Below, one piece after another: positions 1 to 12,743 of a DNA stretch of 64,000 nt; the first letter of the stretch is position 1; the number at the start of each line of letters is the position of its first letter. The stretch lies in assembly GCA_044892525.1 (NCBI GenBank), contig CM097885.1, forward strand, positions 53,012,001-53,076,000, given 5' to 3'. The notes under the pieces were generated by a model that had not been told where the DNA came from, searched no databases, and saw only the letters and a list, made by a program, of their open reading frames with translations. The position numbers and the translations under genes were made by a program. Origin of the DNA: Schmidtea polychroa. Taxonomy: Eukaryota.

Positions 1-403
1 CAATATCTTAATCTGAAATCCAACAATAGCAATTAACCTTGATACATTTTATTTATTACATTTATGATTTAAATGACGAGAGATTTATTCAGTTTCATTT
101 ATAAAAGCATATTGATTACAAGAATATCCCAAAAACCTTTGTTAATTTGGTGTCCGGAAGAAAATAAAAATTCTCTCCGCAAACCTAGCAAAATAAACAA
201 TGGCAAACAATGCCGTCATAAATAACAACCAATAAAACTCGATAAATGGGGACCAATCACAAAATTCAACAATAAACCAATCAAATCAAACAGCAAGCCG
301 TTTACAATTATCATTCAAAACCAAATGAAATCTATTTATAATTATTTATAATTAAACAAAACCGATAAAACTCAATTCTAATATAAAGAAAACATCGATA
401 AAT

Positions 404-1609
404 TTATTTCCAACGTTTCGGAGTTTGCGCAATGCCTTTTCTGGATGATTTTTGTGTGCTGGAGGGAGTGGCAAAATCGAATTTCTTTCGATCGCTCATA
501 TTCTGTTTCGCTTTTACTGAATTCGTAACGTTGGGGATTTTCTTAGTCGACTGGGGAGTTTCACAAGCCAATGAAATGCTGAGAACTTTTTTACGGATTT
601 CACAGAATTCTCGAATGTTTTTCTCCAATGAAACGTTCGACTGATTACTAGTGAGAGGAATCAACGGTGTTTCTGACTGGTTTTGCTCAATTTCTTTCTC
701 GCGTTCGGCTCGTCTAGCTAGAAATGCTGCTCGAATGTCTGGTGAATATGTAGATTTTTTGGGGGGATCGCTTGGAGTTTCTGGTTTGACTACCGGCGTA
801 ACTTGCTCGATTGATTGATTGGATTTTACCGGATTGACATTTTTAAAATTTTCTGACGCAAATTTTTTCAATCGTTCCTCGAATGATTTGGCCATTTCAT
901 TAAAATCTTGAGTTTTGATAAATTTTTCCGGGGACTTTTCTGTAAGTTTCTTTTCAGTTTCAACTTTACGACGATTTAAGCATCGCACAAGACTCGAATC
1001 TGGTGATAGATTGAACGAAACTTTTTTGTCTGGAGTGAAAAACTGACAATTTTTCGTTTCGGTTCGGATAGAACTTTTAGATTTTGTTTTTATATTTTCT
1101 TTCTGATTCGGTGTCGATTGTATATAAGAACACTTGGTTCGTATTTTTGGAGAGGAGTAATTTTGATTAGATGCATAATTTATTGGAGATAATTTAGAAA
1201 AATCCATTAGATTTGGCTTGGATCGCATATTTCTTTTGACAGATGGCATTGGGGAGACAAAGTTAAAATTTGTCAAATCTTTCCCTTCAAATTTCTTTAA
1301 AAATTAAATTAAAACTTAAAATGTATTGAATTACTTTATTTTTAGAAATGTTTATTGACTTTAATTTGTCAGATATTTTAGAACATGATGGTGAATAATC
1401 ATATTCATCAAAAGAATCCTTAATAAATATCAATGATAAACTAAAATCAAATGACACTATACTTCTAAATTTTTACATGATTTCATAGGCAGTGTCACTG
1501 GTTTTTCCATTAGCTTTTTAAAGTGAATAGGTGTTCCAAAATTATGAAGAAAGCTTTCTTCTTCTTCGATTGAAAATGTTTCGTTTAATGATATATTTAA
1601 ATTTTCTAC
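404..1609 (-). CDS. Partial spliced host gene, unknown low-complexity S/T/P/K-rich protein; 5' end unresolved
   Basis: 290-aa terminal ORF (404-1276) extends upstream through apparent short GT-AG introns (~1295-1334, ~1419-1462). No recognisable domain. Confidence 0.5.
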
Positions 1610-2324
1610 CTAAAAGAAATATGAAGAGGTTTCTAATTTAATTTATCATAATTAGAAAAAATATTTTAATCAAATTACCATTTACAATTTTTGAAAAATT
1701 AAATTTTATTATAAAGACATAAATGAGCATTATTATAACAAATTTAGTTAATGCTGATATTAATTAATTAAAATATTAAAATTGAAATCTTTGTATTTAC
1801 CAAAGTTCTAAAGTATTTCAAACAATGAAGATTTTCTCATAATTGTTATATATTAGAATTTTAATTTCGATTTAAATTTGAAATATTTATAAAAAATAAT
1901 TTCACTCTTTCCTATTTATTACTAAAACTTGATTAGAATTGTGTGATATAATATTCATTTATGTTTGGTTTGTAGTTTGAACTGTTTCAGTAGTCATGGT
2001 AATTAGGTAGAATTTGAATGCTGATTGTAATGTATTGTAATATCTTATTTTTTATCTTTTGTTAGTTATATGGTTTAAATGTAAATTACAATCTCACACG
2101 TTGCACGCGGAGAAGAATTTGTTTTTTACTTATCTTTTTTATTAAAAAAACTATATAGCAATAATTTACCTTAGTGAATTATCGCTATAGAAAATTGTTT
2201 AAAAATAAAAATAATCAATAACATTAAGAATCCAGTTGAATTTTGTAAAAGAAACAAACAATTACTTTTCTAAAAATTGGGTATCAAACGGAAATATTAA
2301 TTTAGAAAATTTATCTTTGCTATA

Positions 2325-4653
2325 CAGGTAGTCCTCGACTTACGACCGAGATAGGGACCCGAGCAATGGTCGTATGTTGAGTTGGTCGTAAGTCGAGTTC
2401 ATATAAAAAAAATAAATAAAAAAAGAACAAAATACAAACGGATTATTAGAAGCAAAATACAAATTCATAGTTCAGTCTTTATTTAAAATTATAATAAAAA
2501 GCCATGAATACATTTATATTAAATAAATTAAATTAAAATTACATGTTTACTTGTCCTCGTCATCCGAACTTATCACATTAATATAATCCATTGAGTTATC
2601 TTGAACAACTGCACCTTCAGTGGCAGTTTTAAAAAAAAACTGTCTAATGTTGTTTGCACAATTTGAACTTTCATTTCGCTATAAATTGCATAATAACGTG
2701 CCATATTTACCTCAATAAGCTTATTTACTTTTGTAAATCTTTCCTCATTAGCATCCATTTCTTCCAATTTTTGCATTCCCTGATGAATTAGGTGAAAAGC
2801 TGCAGCCATTTCTTTTGCCGAAAAATGTTTTTGTCGCATTTCTTCCTCGTCTGATTTGCTTTCATCCGCAACACATTGTGCTTCAAGATTCAATAAATCT
2901 TCATTCGTTAGATTATCTACATGGTATTCAATAAGTTGGTTAATATCTGCATTGTCAACATCAAGATTAAGTTGCTGACCAAGCTCTACGACCTGAGCGG
3001 TAATTTGTTCAATGCCAATTTCGCTTTCAATTGTCGAACTAACATTCTCTTGAAGTCGCTTTGTTAGATTTTTCCATATTCCACTCATATAAGAAGGTCT
3101 GACCTCTTGCCATCCACCTGCTATGTTTTTAATTGCTTGAAGCATATTATATTTCGACCAAAATTCTTTTACAGTGATCTCATTTTCAAGTGCTTTAATT
3201 GCTTGACTAAATGTGATTTTCAAATAGTGAGCCTTAAATGTGGCAATAGCTTCCTGATCCATTGGCTGTAAAATACTGGTGGTATTTGGGGGTAAATACA
3301 TAATTTTTATGTTCGACGAGAGATCGCCAAGATATGGTGGGTGTCCAGGTGCATTATCCAGTAATAAGAGGATTTTAAAAGCAATGCCCTGTCGATTACA
3401 ATATTCTTTTACTTCAGGCGCAAATAACTTCATAAACCAGTCCTCAAAAAGTAATTGCGTCATCCAAGCATTTTTATTTGTGCGGTAATGTACTGGTAAC
3501 ATATTGATATCCACTCCTTTAAATGCTCTTGGTTTTCTTGATCGATGTATTACAAGAGGTTTCAATTTATACCCAGCAATATTTCCGCCCAATAAAATTG
3601 TGATGCGATCTTTATGTGCCTTAAAACCTGGCATACGTTTTGCTTCCTTATGAATGTACGTACGATCAGGCATTTTCTTCCAATAAAGCGCGGTTTCATC
3701 AACATTAAAAATTTGTTCGTTGGTATAATTTTCTTCTTTAAGGAAATCATCGAATTTAGCTACAAAATCCTCAGCAGCATTATTATCAGCACTGCCTGCC
3801 TCTCCAGAGATTTTTACATTTTGTAAATTCGCTCGTTTCCTAAATTTTTGAAACCAGCCGTTACTTGCAATGAATGTCTGATCATGGCCTTCCCCTCCCT
3901 TTAATTTCAACATTTCAAAAAGACTTAGAGCTTTAGTTTTGATAACTGCGAGGCTAAGAGGAATTTGTTTTATGATCAAATCCTCTATCCAAATCACCAA
4001 CAACTTTTCCATTTCATGCATGGCCCCTTGCCTTTTTTTGGTTATAACTGTAGATTGCATACATGCTGATTCTCGAACTGCTTTTAAAATTCGATCTTTA
4101 TCTTTTAAAATTGTTGAGATTGTTGAATGGGATAGTTTAAAGGCATGCGCTATGTCTTTCACCTTTTTACCACTATCATGCTCTTTAATTAACTTGTTTC
4201 ATTTCTAAATCTATAGCACTTCTCTTATTTTTTCTACTTCTATTATTCACAGACATTTTTGGGATAAAAAAATTATTCACTTTAAAAAAATTAAAATGGC
4301 TAACTCAATTGGGCCTTTTTTAGCCTTTAAATTTTTGATATGATAGATAAATTTATGCTGTCGTTTTGTTTTTAAATTAGTTGTAGCTAAACAATTTAAA
4401 AGTGCTGAATATTTTTTAAGGCTTGCTAATTTAGTTCTTTACTAATTCTAAATTTGTTTTTGTTGTTAAAAACTAAAATAGTAGGTAACTTATAAAATTA
4501 ATAGTGTTTAATTAAGGAAAATTAATTGGTTTAATTTTTTAGTTCGGTTCGAAACAAAAATCAGGCCTATTGGGAAAAATAATTTTAGGAAATAATTTTG
4601 GTCGTAAGTCCGAACCGTCGTAAGTTGAGCCGTCGTAAGTCGAGGACTACCTG
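2325..4653 (-). mobile_element. Tigger/pogo DNA transposon, full length
   Basis: Perfect 22-bp TIRs CAGGTAGTCCTCGACTTACGAC (2325-2346 and 4632-4653), TA on both sides, internal transposase. Confidence 0.95.
2573..4256 (-). pseudogene. Tigger/pogo transposase (CENP-B-type HTH + DDE_1), one frameshift near the N-terminus
   Basis: Motifs ASNGWFQKFRKR, IFNVDETALYWK, LLLLDNAPGHP, LPPNTTSILQPMDQ. Probable ATG at 4256 (MSVNNRSRKNKRSAIDLEMK) is out of frame with the 529-aa ORF near 4195. Confidence 0.9.
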
Positions 4654-5619
4654 TATAACCTAAATCTTTCTCGGGTTTTGAAGAAAATATTAATTTAGAA
4701 AATTTCTCTTTGCAATGGAACATAAATCTTTCCCGGGTTTTGAAGAACAATCCATTCAAATCCAACCAAATAACCAAGAATATTCAATTCGAAGTTAATT
4801 ATCCACAATTATCGAGTAACGAGGACTATCATAACAAGGACATCAAGGTTGATTAATTATTTGACTATAATAATTAATAATTAATCGTAATAATAATTGT
4901 AGTTATTAATTGTTATATTATATCTTATTATTTTTATCATTCTCCTTTTTTTGTTATACAGAACAATACATACACGCACCCCGATTGTCCCGCTACAATA
5001 TTTACTGTCACTTGCCCGCGACATATCCGTACTCACCCGACTAATTTTGTGTACGCTGATGTTGTATAATGGACACCCTTGCTAAAAACTATGATAGAGT
5101 AAAATCCCTAAACTCCAGTCTTGTGGATAAAAGCCGTTCATGAGGTGTTATAATATTGCTATGTACTGTAATCACATGGGTCATAACTCTGAGTATCTGT
5201 ATATTTTGAGATATAATCGCACTAAATACATTAATCAAACATATAATAATAAAATAACAAACACACTAAATAATTTTATTAACAATTTGACAGAAATTAT
5301 CGAGAGAGCATTATTAAACATAAATTGGAAAATCTAATGTATTATTAAAAGGGATTGATAGAATTTTTGTTGCTTTAGTGCCAGTAAGATTATATATAGC
5401 ATTGAATTTCATAAATATTTTTATTGAATATTTTATGTGATACACCAAAGCGCAATTGATAATCATTAATGAGACATTGATTTAGAAATGTCAAATGAAC
5501 TTTGTTTTGGTTTTAGAAGTTAGTAGTTATAATTTAAGTTTTTATGTTAAAATAATGAAAAATGAAGTAAGATATTTATTTATTTATTTAAATATACATA
5601 TCATTTTTCACAATTTACC

Positions 5620-6720
5620 TAAAGTATCTTGTTTCTTCATGCATTTAGGAAAGAATCTTTTAATATGATTATAGTAATTTTTCAAATTACTATAATCTGG
5701 TTTTCTAAGTTCCTCGATAACTGCTTGAGATATGGCTGTAAATCTGTCATTGAAAGTCATTCTGCTAAATCCATTAGCTGAGGAAACTTAAGTCCTTACC
5801 CCATTTTTAATTTTGCTGAACAAACTTTCGATGGAGTTCAAAAATGGTCTATATGGACGCAACTTTTCAATGTGATTATTCAAAGAACATACATTATTGT
5901 GAATGGATGCATTATCGTGTATCAAAATGAATCCAGAGCCATCCAGTTTCAAAGTCAATTCAGTTATAAATAATTGATATGATTCCTTTTTAAAAGAACC
6001 AATAATAATTTGTGAATGAATTGGACCATCTTAGGATATTGCCAAAACTAGTGAAAAATTGGGACCTCTATTTGCTGGCACATTGCTATAAATTCAATTG
6101 CCTACTCGAGATCTACCGAATCTCTTGTTTGACCATGTATTTAAAGAGCATTCATCTATATAAATAGATTTACTGCTCCTCCAACCTTCTTCAAGCAGAC
6201 GTGTAACAAATGTCTGGCGAATTTCCAATATTCTAATTGAATTTCTTTCTTAAACACAAGGCCTGATTCTTTTGAAAGTTATTAATTGACTTTTCAGGTA
6301 CCTGGAAATCGACTTTGTTGAAACTTCAAAATTGTGATTTGTTGATAAAAACAATTTCATTTGATATAATGTCGAATAATAATTTCTTTCGACATAGTCG
6401 AGTAATTCCTGACAGATAATTTTTGTAATAACTGTTGGTCGATTGCCTCCTCTTGTTCCTGCGCATAAAATTCCAGTCTTCCTATATTTCATGATGATGC
6501 TTGTTATTATATTCCGTTTAATTCCGAGAATACGGCTTAATTCGTAAAAATCATAGCCATCTTCCATTGCTTTAATGATCCTTTTTTTATCAGCAATGGA
6601 TATTCTATATAAAGATTTAATAAAATAACTGAAGTTTAATAAAAAACTTACACATTTCTATAAATTTCTTGAAATGGAATAGTCAATTCTGAGGAAGCTT
6701 TTGAAATATTTTCAAACATT
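5620..6720 (-). pseudogene. Degenerate Tc1/mariner-IS630-like transposase
   Basis: HTH region in ORF 6250-6567 (TRGGNRPTVIT), then stop-interrupted DDE motifs IYIDECS, IHDNASIH, LRPYRPFLNSIESLFSKIK. Confidence 0.75.
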
Positions 6721-6777
6721 TTGATAATTATTTGTTTTAAAAATGAAAATTTTTAGCTCATTAAATGTCTGTAAGCT

Positions 6778-9700
6778 TAGCGGCGTATTTACCTGTAGGC
6801 AGATTAGGCATTTGCCTAGGGCCTCGGATTTATAAGGGCCTCCAAAATCCAAAAAAAAAATTATAATTTTTTAAAAAAAAAAAAAAAAACAAAGTCGTAG
6901 CATTTCAGATTTTAAACTTTAACAGTTTTAAAATTTTTAGAGTTAAAACCTTTTGGGGCCTCAATTTCTATAAGTAAAAGAATTTGCACATATTCAAAAA
7001 GGAAAAAATAACAAATAGGATAAAAGCAAAATCCAAGCAAGGTTTGAATTTTTATATTTTGAATATAATATATTTTATTTTGTAAAGGCCTACTAATTTT
7101 ATTTTATAAATTGAATTTGAGGCCCCACGAATAGGTTTTAAACTCTGAAAAATTAAAAAAAAAATTACAAAAAAAAACAATAGTCCGTAGCATTTCAGAT
7201 TTTAAACTTTTTATTTACAAAATAAAATTAGTAGGCCTTTAAATACAAAATAAAATTATATGATACACAAAATAGAAATATAAAAATTCAAATAGGAAAA
7301 AACAACAACCAAGCAAGCTTTGAATTTGTATTTGTATTTTGTATATTTCTTTTCCAAAACAGAAAATGCATATGCAATTTCATTTCATTTATTGTTTGAA
7401 TTTTGTTACACGTTAACATCATGATTTTGAATATTGAAAATAAATATTTGTACGTATTGACTATTAGCATAATTTTGATTTTAGATTGATATTTTCCGAA
7501 TACCCATCAGTTTTTTTTAAACTACCAAAACCAATCGTTGTTGCTTCTTGCTTTCGTCATTTAATATTTCATAATTCAATCGACAATTATTCCATTTTAT
7601 TTTTAAAGAAAAATATTGACAAATATACGTTAAAATGAAAAGAACTTTCGAGTCTGGCGCACAAAAACGATTGCGAAAAAAAATTCAATTGAAGGAAAAC
7701 GAAAATCAAAGAAACTCCCTTGCTAAATTTATGTCTTTGGATAAAAATGTTCCATCTACCAGTACTGCGGCTGCAGATAAAACTGTTTCACTACCAGTAA
7801 TAGCTGGTAGCGATGTTAATCTTTCGATAAGCAGTCTTTGTGCAGAAGTAGGTGCAAGTGATAATTGCGTTCCCACTACCAATGACATTGAGGTTGAAAT
7901 TGAGAGTGAAGTAGTAAGTACAAATACTTATCCTATCTTTACTGACATTGGTTTATGGCCAAAAATAATTACTAATGATTTGATTGAACATTGTATCTGT
8001 ACAAAACCCAAAAATGTGGGAGATTTAGAATCTTCTAAAAAATGTTATAAAGATAACAATGATCAACAAATATACCGAAAATTAAATGATGTACATTTTT
8101 ATACGACTAAAATAAACGGAGTTCAAGAGCTAAGAGAATGGTTGATTTATTCTGAAACAACGAAATCTGTTTATTGCTTTGCTTGTAAACTATTTAGTAA
8201 AAAATCTAATGTTCTAGTTTCAGGATATTCAGATTGGAAAAATATTGTAGACGTTTTGAAAAGACATGATGAGTCGAAAGAGCATAAAAGTTGTATATGT
8301 GCTTATGTTCGTCGTGCTAAAATAAGTGGTCGCATCGATTCCAAACTTTTACAGGTAATAGAAAAAGAGTCAATTTATTGGCGAGAGGTATTAAAACGAG
8401 TCGTTGCTACAGTTAAACTTTTGGGGAGTTTGGGTTTAGGGTTCAGAGGACATGATAATTCTTCCAAAGGCAATTTTTTCAGCTGTATTGAATATTTGGC
8501 TGAATTTGATGACTTCTTAAAGGTTCACTTAGAAAAATACAGTAATTGCGGAAGTGGGCATGTTAATTATTTATCTAAAAGTACGTGTGATGAATTTATA
8601 GAACTTATGGGCAAAACCGTACAAAAATCCATTGTTGATGAAATAAAACAAGCGAACTATTTTGCTCTTATAGTTGATTCCACGCCTGATGCAAGCCATA
8701 CTGACCAGTTAACTATTATTATCAGGTACGTAGATCTGGATCAAAAAATTCAAGAAAGGTTCATATGTTTTATTTCGATTGAATATCATGATGCAACATA
8801 TTTAGAAAAAACGATTTTGTCCGCCTTGTCAGAATTAGGGTTGAACATTAATAATTGCCGGGGACAAACGTATGATAATGCTGCGAACATGTCAGGCATT
8901 TATAACGGTCTCCAAGCCAAAATTAAATGTTACAGCAAAAATGCTGAATTTGTACCTTGCGCAGGACACTCTTTAAATTTAGTTGGAAATACAGCAGCAG
9001 AATGTTCTTCTAAAGCTATTAGATTCTTTGATTTTATTCAAAATTTGTTTGTTTTTTTTTCCTCTTCGACAAAGAGATGGGATCAGCTAATGAATACTGA
9101 TCAAACATTAAGCCATACTTTAAAACGTATATGCGACACTCGATGGTCATCTAGAGCTGAAGCTGTATTAACTGTAAGAATGAATTTTTCTTCCATAAAA
9201 ACTGTTCTTGGTGAAATTTGTATTAACCCATCTGAAAAACCCATAGCGAAAATTGAGGCGAAAAAATTACATAGCAGTTTTGAAGATTTAGAGACGGCTC
9301 TGTTATTGATTTTTTGGAATACGCTATTGCAAAGAATCAATGCCACCAATAAATCGTTACAAAGCAAAGAATGTAACTTACAAAAAGGAACATATTTATT
9401 GAAATCTTTATCAGAATTCATACTTAGTATTCGATGCATATTTTCACCAAATGGAAAAAGAAGCCATCGAATTATCTGGTAGTACAGAATACTCAACAGC
9501 AAAAAATCGAAACAGGAAAAGAAAAATACTATTCGATGAAACTTCTGATAATGACACAATTTTATGTGGGAAAGAATTATTCAAAGTTGAAACATTTTAC
9601 TCAATTTGTGATACTTTAAACTGTGAAATAAAAAGAAGGTCTGTAGTTTATGACAAGGTATTAGAAAAGTTTCTAATATTTGTTGATTTAGATTTGCCTG

Positions 9701-10220
9701 AAGAAAAATTTGCTCAGTGTGTATCAAATTTAGCTGAACACTATAAAGATGACATAAATCAATTAGTATTCAAAGATGAGGTTGAACAGTTCCTTCATTT
9801 TGTAAAATTGGAAAAATTATTAACACTTCCTGAAATGTATGCATCAATTCTGGAAGGTTTATCATCAACATTTCCAAACGTTGAAATAATCCTAAAAATT
9901 TTTTTAACAATCCCAATTGCAAATGCGTCTGGTGAGAGATCATTTAGCATTCTTAAGCGGGTCAAAAACTACCTAAGGACGTCACTTGGCCAAAAAAAAC
10001 TAAATCACTTAGCTATCATGGCAATTGAAAGCGATCTAGTAAAAAAATTAACTATGACTCATTAATTGATAATTTTGCAAAAAATAAATCACGAAATAAA
10101 ATATTATAAATGGGCTTTCTTTGGTCAAAATTTAGAAACTAAGCCATGAAAAAAAAATATTAGAGGGGCCACAATAATTGATTTTTGCCTAGGGCCTCAA
10201 TTTGTTAAAATCCGCCTCTG
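6778..10220 (+). mobile_element. hAT DNA transposon (ZMYM1-like transposase) inserted in the Tc1-like relic
   Basis: Perfect 8-bp TSD TGTAAGCT (6770-6777, 10221-10228). Imperfect TIRs TAGCGGCGTATTT / CAGAGGCGGATTT. Subterminal TTTGCCTAGGGCCTC near both ends. Confidence 0.92.
7635..10109 (+). pseudogene. hAT transposase with two frameshifts (~9440, ~10045)
   Basis: TTF-type zinc finger (WLIYS...VYCFAC), FRGH, DSTPDASH, GQTYDNAANMSG, CAGHSLNL, TRWSSR, and dimerisation motif ASGERSFSILKRVKNYLR. Confidence 0.9.
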
Positions 10221-10728
10221 TGTAAGCTAAATCAATGTCCTATTGTGTGTATTTTTAATTATAGAAATTTTGTGAACAATGTTTGTGTGTATTTATTTAT
10301 TTTTCTTCCAACAGCGATTTTTTCTATCTTTCTATAGTGTAATTACCAATTTAATGTCACCAAGCTAATTCAATGTCACTTCTGGCTATGACACATACAC
10401 ATTTATTATAGGTAAGTTAATTTATATTATAAAAAGCCAAATGAATGCCTATTAGATGAATATCAATTGCCGGTTGGTTTATTTGAAAATTTTAATAATT
10501 AACTACCCTAGTTGAGATATTAAATATTTCTTATTTTTGTTCTTTTCTTAAATTATTTTGATTTATGATTATTAAACATAACCACATTTTATTTTATTTT
10601 TTAAAATTTCAATAAATATAAATGTAAAATTATAATTAAAATTTGACATTTAGCTGTAGGATATTAATACAAAAAGAGAATTTTGAAAAATGGAAATATT
10701 CATGTAAAATATTGAGCAACAAATTTCA

Positions 10729-12309
10729 TTATTTACTAACATCCCTTTCGTTGAAAATGAAATTTTTAATTTTTGAATATCTAATAATTCCTTCATTTCC
10801 TTGAAGATTTTCTTGATACAAATCTTCAGAAATATTTTCAGCAAATTTTACTTCGTATCTTTGAAAAATTGAAACAAGAAATATGAAAAATTCCATTCTA
10901 GCTAATGACTCCCCAATACATTGTCGTTTCCCGATTCCAAAAGGTACTAAATCTTCTCTTGGAGTATATTTTAATCCACCGTTTTCTGTTGAGGTCAGAA
11001 AATGTTCCGGATAGAAATCTAATGGTTTCATCCAAGTTTCTGGATCTGTGTGACAAGCAAAATAATTAGGAAATACTAGACTGTTTTTAGGAATGAAAAA
11101 ATTATCAACACTTGTATCAGTAAATGTTCGATGAAATATACCCAAAGGTACAACTGAACTAAGTCTCAATATTTCATCCATTACTGCTTGTGTATAAGTT
11201 AAAGACTTTTTATCATTCATTGTAGGTAATTTCTCTAATCCAATATTTTCACGGATTTCATCGAAGACCTTTTTTTGAATGTGAGGATACCTTGCCATAA
11301 ATACCATACTCCAACCCAGTGTGGTTGATGTTGTCTCATATCCTGCTCCAAAAAGTTCAAATGCCATAAATATCAATTGTTTCTCAGTAAAACTTTGGTG
11401 ATTCCCGGTTGATTGAATAAGTCGTTGTTGTTCAATTATAAATCTATCAACTAAATCATTTCCATCAGAGCTAAAGTCCAAATTTTCTAAATGTTCCCTA
11501 ATTTCCTCTTCGAATACTTTTTCTATATCTGAAAATAGTTTGATTCTTGATGTAAGCCATAAGTTAACTCTTGAAATTATTAAAGAATCATCCAATTTTG
11601 GAAACATCAAATGCACTGTCTGAACAATATTTGACTGTTTTGTCGTTTTAAATATAACAAATTCAATGAGTTTTATTTTTGAATCGGTTCTTTCAAATCT
11701 TTTATTCATTATAAATTTGGATATAATATTTGCCGTATAAATTGGAATCAAGTCGGAGAAGTCAACAATAGTTTCTTGCAGGCTCTTTAATTCATCCAAC
11801 ATAAATTTACATTCCGATTCCACAATTGCATAAGATCGCGATTTTCCAAATCCGAAATCTCGTAAAACTTTGAGAACAAAAGTTCTTTGCGTATACCAAT
11901 GATCACCGTCGATGAAAAGAATTCCCGAGTTCATAGATATTATTGTTTTCAATTTTGTTTGCCAGCGTCCTGAAAAATTATCGCCTTCGTCTTTCAGAGT
12001 TTTTTTAATGATTCGAAAATTGTTAAGGACAACGACATTTCTCATTCCAAATTTAATTGAAAATATATCTCCATACTTACGACCAAGACTTTTTAAATAA
12101 ATATGTAACGGACCTCTTATTTGAAAGAGAATGCCAAAAATTGGAATTCCATTGATAATCGGTAATTTTTTCAATCCTGGAGAAATGGGGGTATCCTTAG
12201 ATTTTAAATTAATTAAAAGATACAAGCCACAAATGCCGATGAAGCTCAATAATATTAAAAATATCATTTCAAAATTAAAAAATAATTGACTGTATAAAGT
12301 GCTGTTCAT
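10729..12309 (-). CDS. Cytochrome P450, CYP2 clan-like, intronless, 526 aa
   Basis: N-terminal membrane anchor, I-helix AGYETT, ExxR (EILR), PEHF, heme motif FGIGKRQCIG. Confidence 0.95.
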   Translation of the reverse strand: MNSTLYSQLFFNFEMIFLILLSFIGICGLYLLINLKSKDTPISPGLKKLPIINGIPIFGILFQIRGPLHIYLKSLGRKYGDIFSIKFGMRNVVVLNNFRIIKKTLKDEGDNFSGRWQTKLKTIISMNSGILFIDGDHWYTQRTFVLKVLRDFGFGKSRSYAIVESECKFMLDELKSLQETIVDFSDLIPIYTANIISKFIMNKRFERTDSKIKLIEFVIFKTTKQSNIVQTVHLMFPKLDDSLIISRVNLWLTSRIKLFSDIEKVFEEEIREHLENLDFSSDGNDLVDRFIIEQQRLIQSTGNHQSFTEKQLIFMAFELFGAGYETTSTTLGWSMVFMARYPHIQKKVFDEIRENIGLEKLPTMNDKKSLTYTQAVMDEILRLSSVVPLGIFHRTFTDTSVDNFFIPKNSLVFPNYFACHTDPETWMKPLDFYPEHFLTSTENGGLKYTPREDLVPFGIGKRQCIGESLARMEFFIFLVSIFQRYEVKFAENISEDLYQENLQGNEGIIRYSKIKNFIFNERDVSK

Positions 12310-12743
12310 TCACATCAGGTAGTGTGCAAATTTGACACAAATCTTGTTTTGTAATTTTATAATAATTATATATAAATATCGCATTGTTAACAATTAAGAA
12401 TTAACTGGTAATATAAATCGATATATATATATATATATATAAATTTTATTTAACAAAACCAATAAAAATTTACCTACATTAATTAAAACAAAAAATTATA
12501 ATTTAAAATAGAAAATAGTAATTGATTTGTTTTTAAATTAAGGTTTAATAAATGAAATCAAATAAATGAAAAAGAGATTGCCAAAAATTTGTTTAAAAAG
12601 TAATATATGGATTTTTAAATTCAAAAATATTAAGATAAAGAAAATTGTAAATGAAAAATACTTTCAAAGAGAAATTCAAAGGTGTCAGTTGAAATTTTGA
12701 GCAAAATATGAATACAAAAATTGTTTCAGTAATTAGTCTATTA

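Noticed and set aside
2090..2190. ~100-bp sequence with an inverted copy at ~56257-56330, as TIRs of a giant element
   Set aside because: Diverged, with no TSD. More simply a dispersed repeat, like the ATGAATCAGTAAA motif at ~37175, ~38575 and ~56420.
10729..12309. Intronless P450 (and the GPCR at 34717-36267) as retrocopies or transposon cargo
   Set aside because: Both are intact, have no poly-A tail or TSD, and lie outside any TIR pair. They are most simply ordinary host genes.
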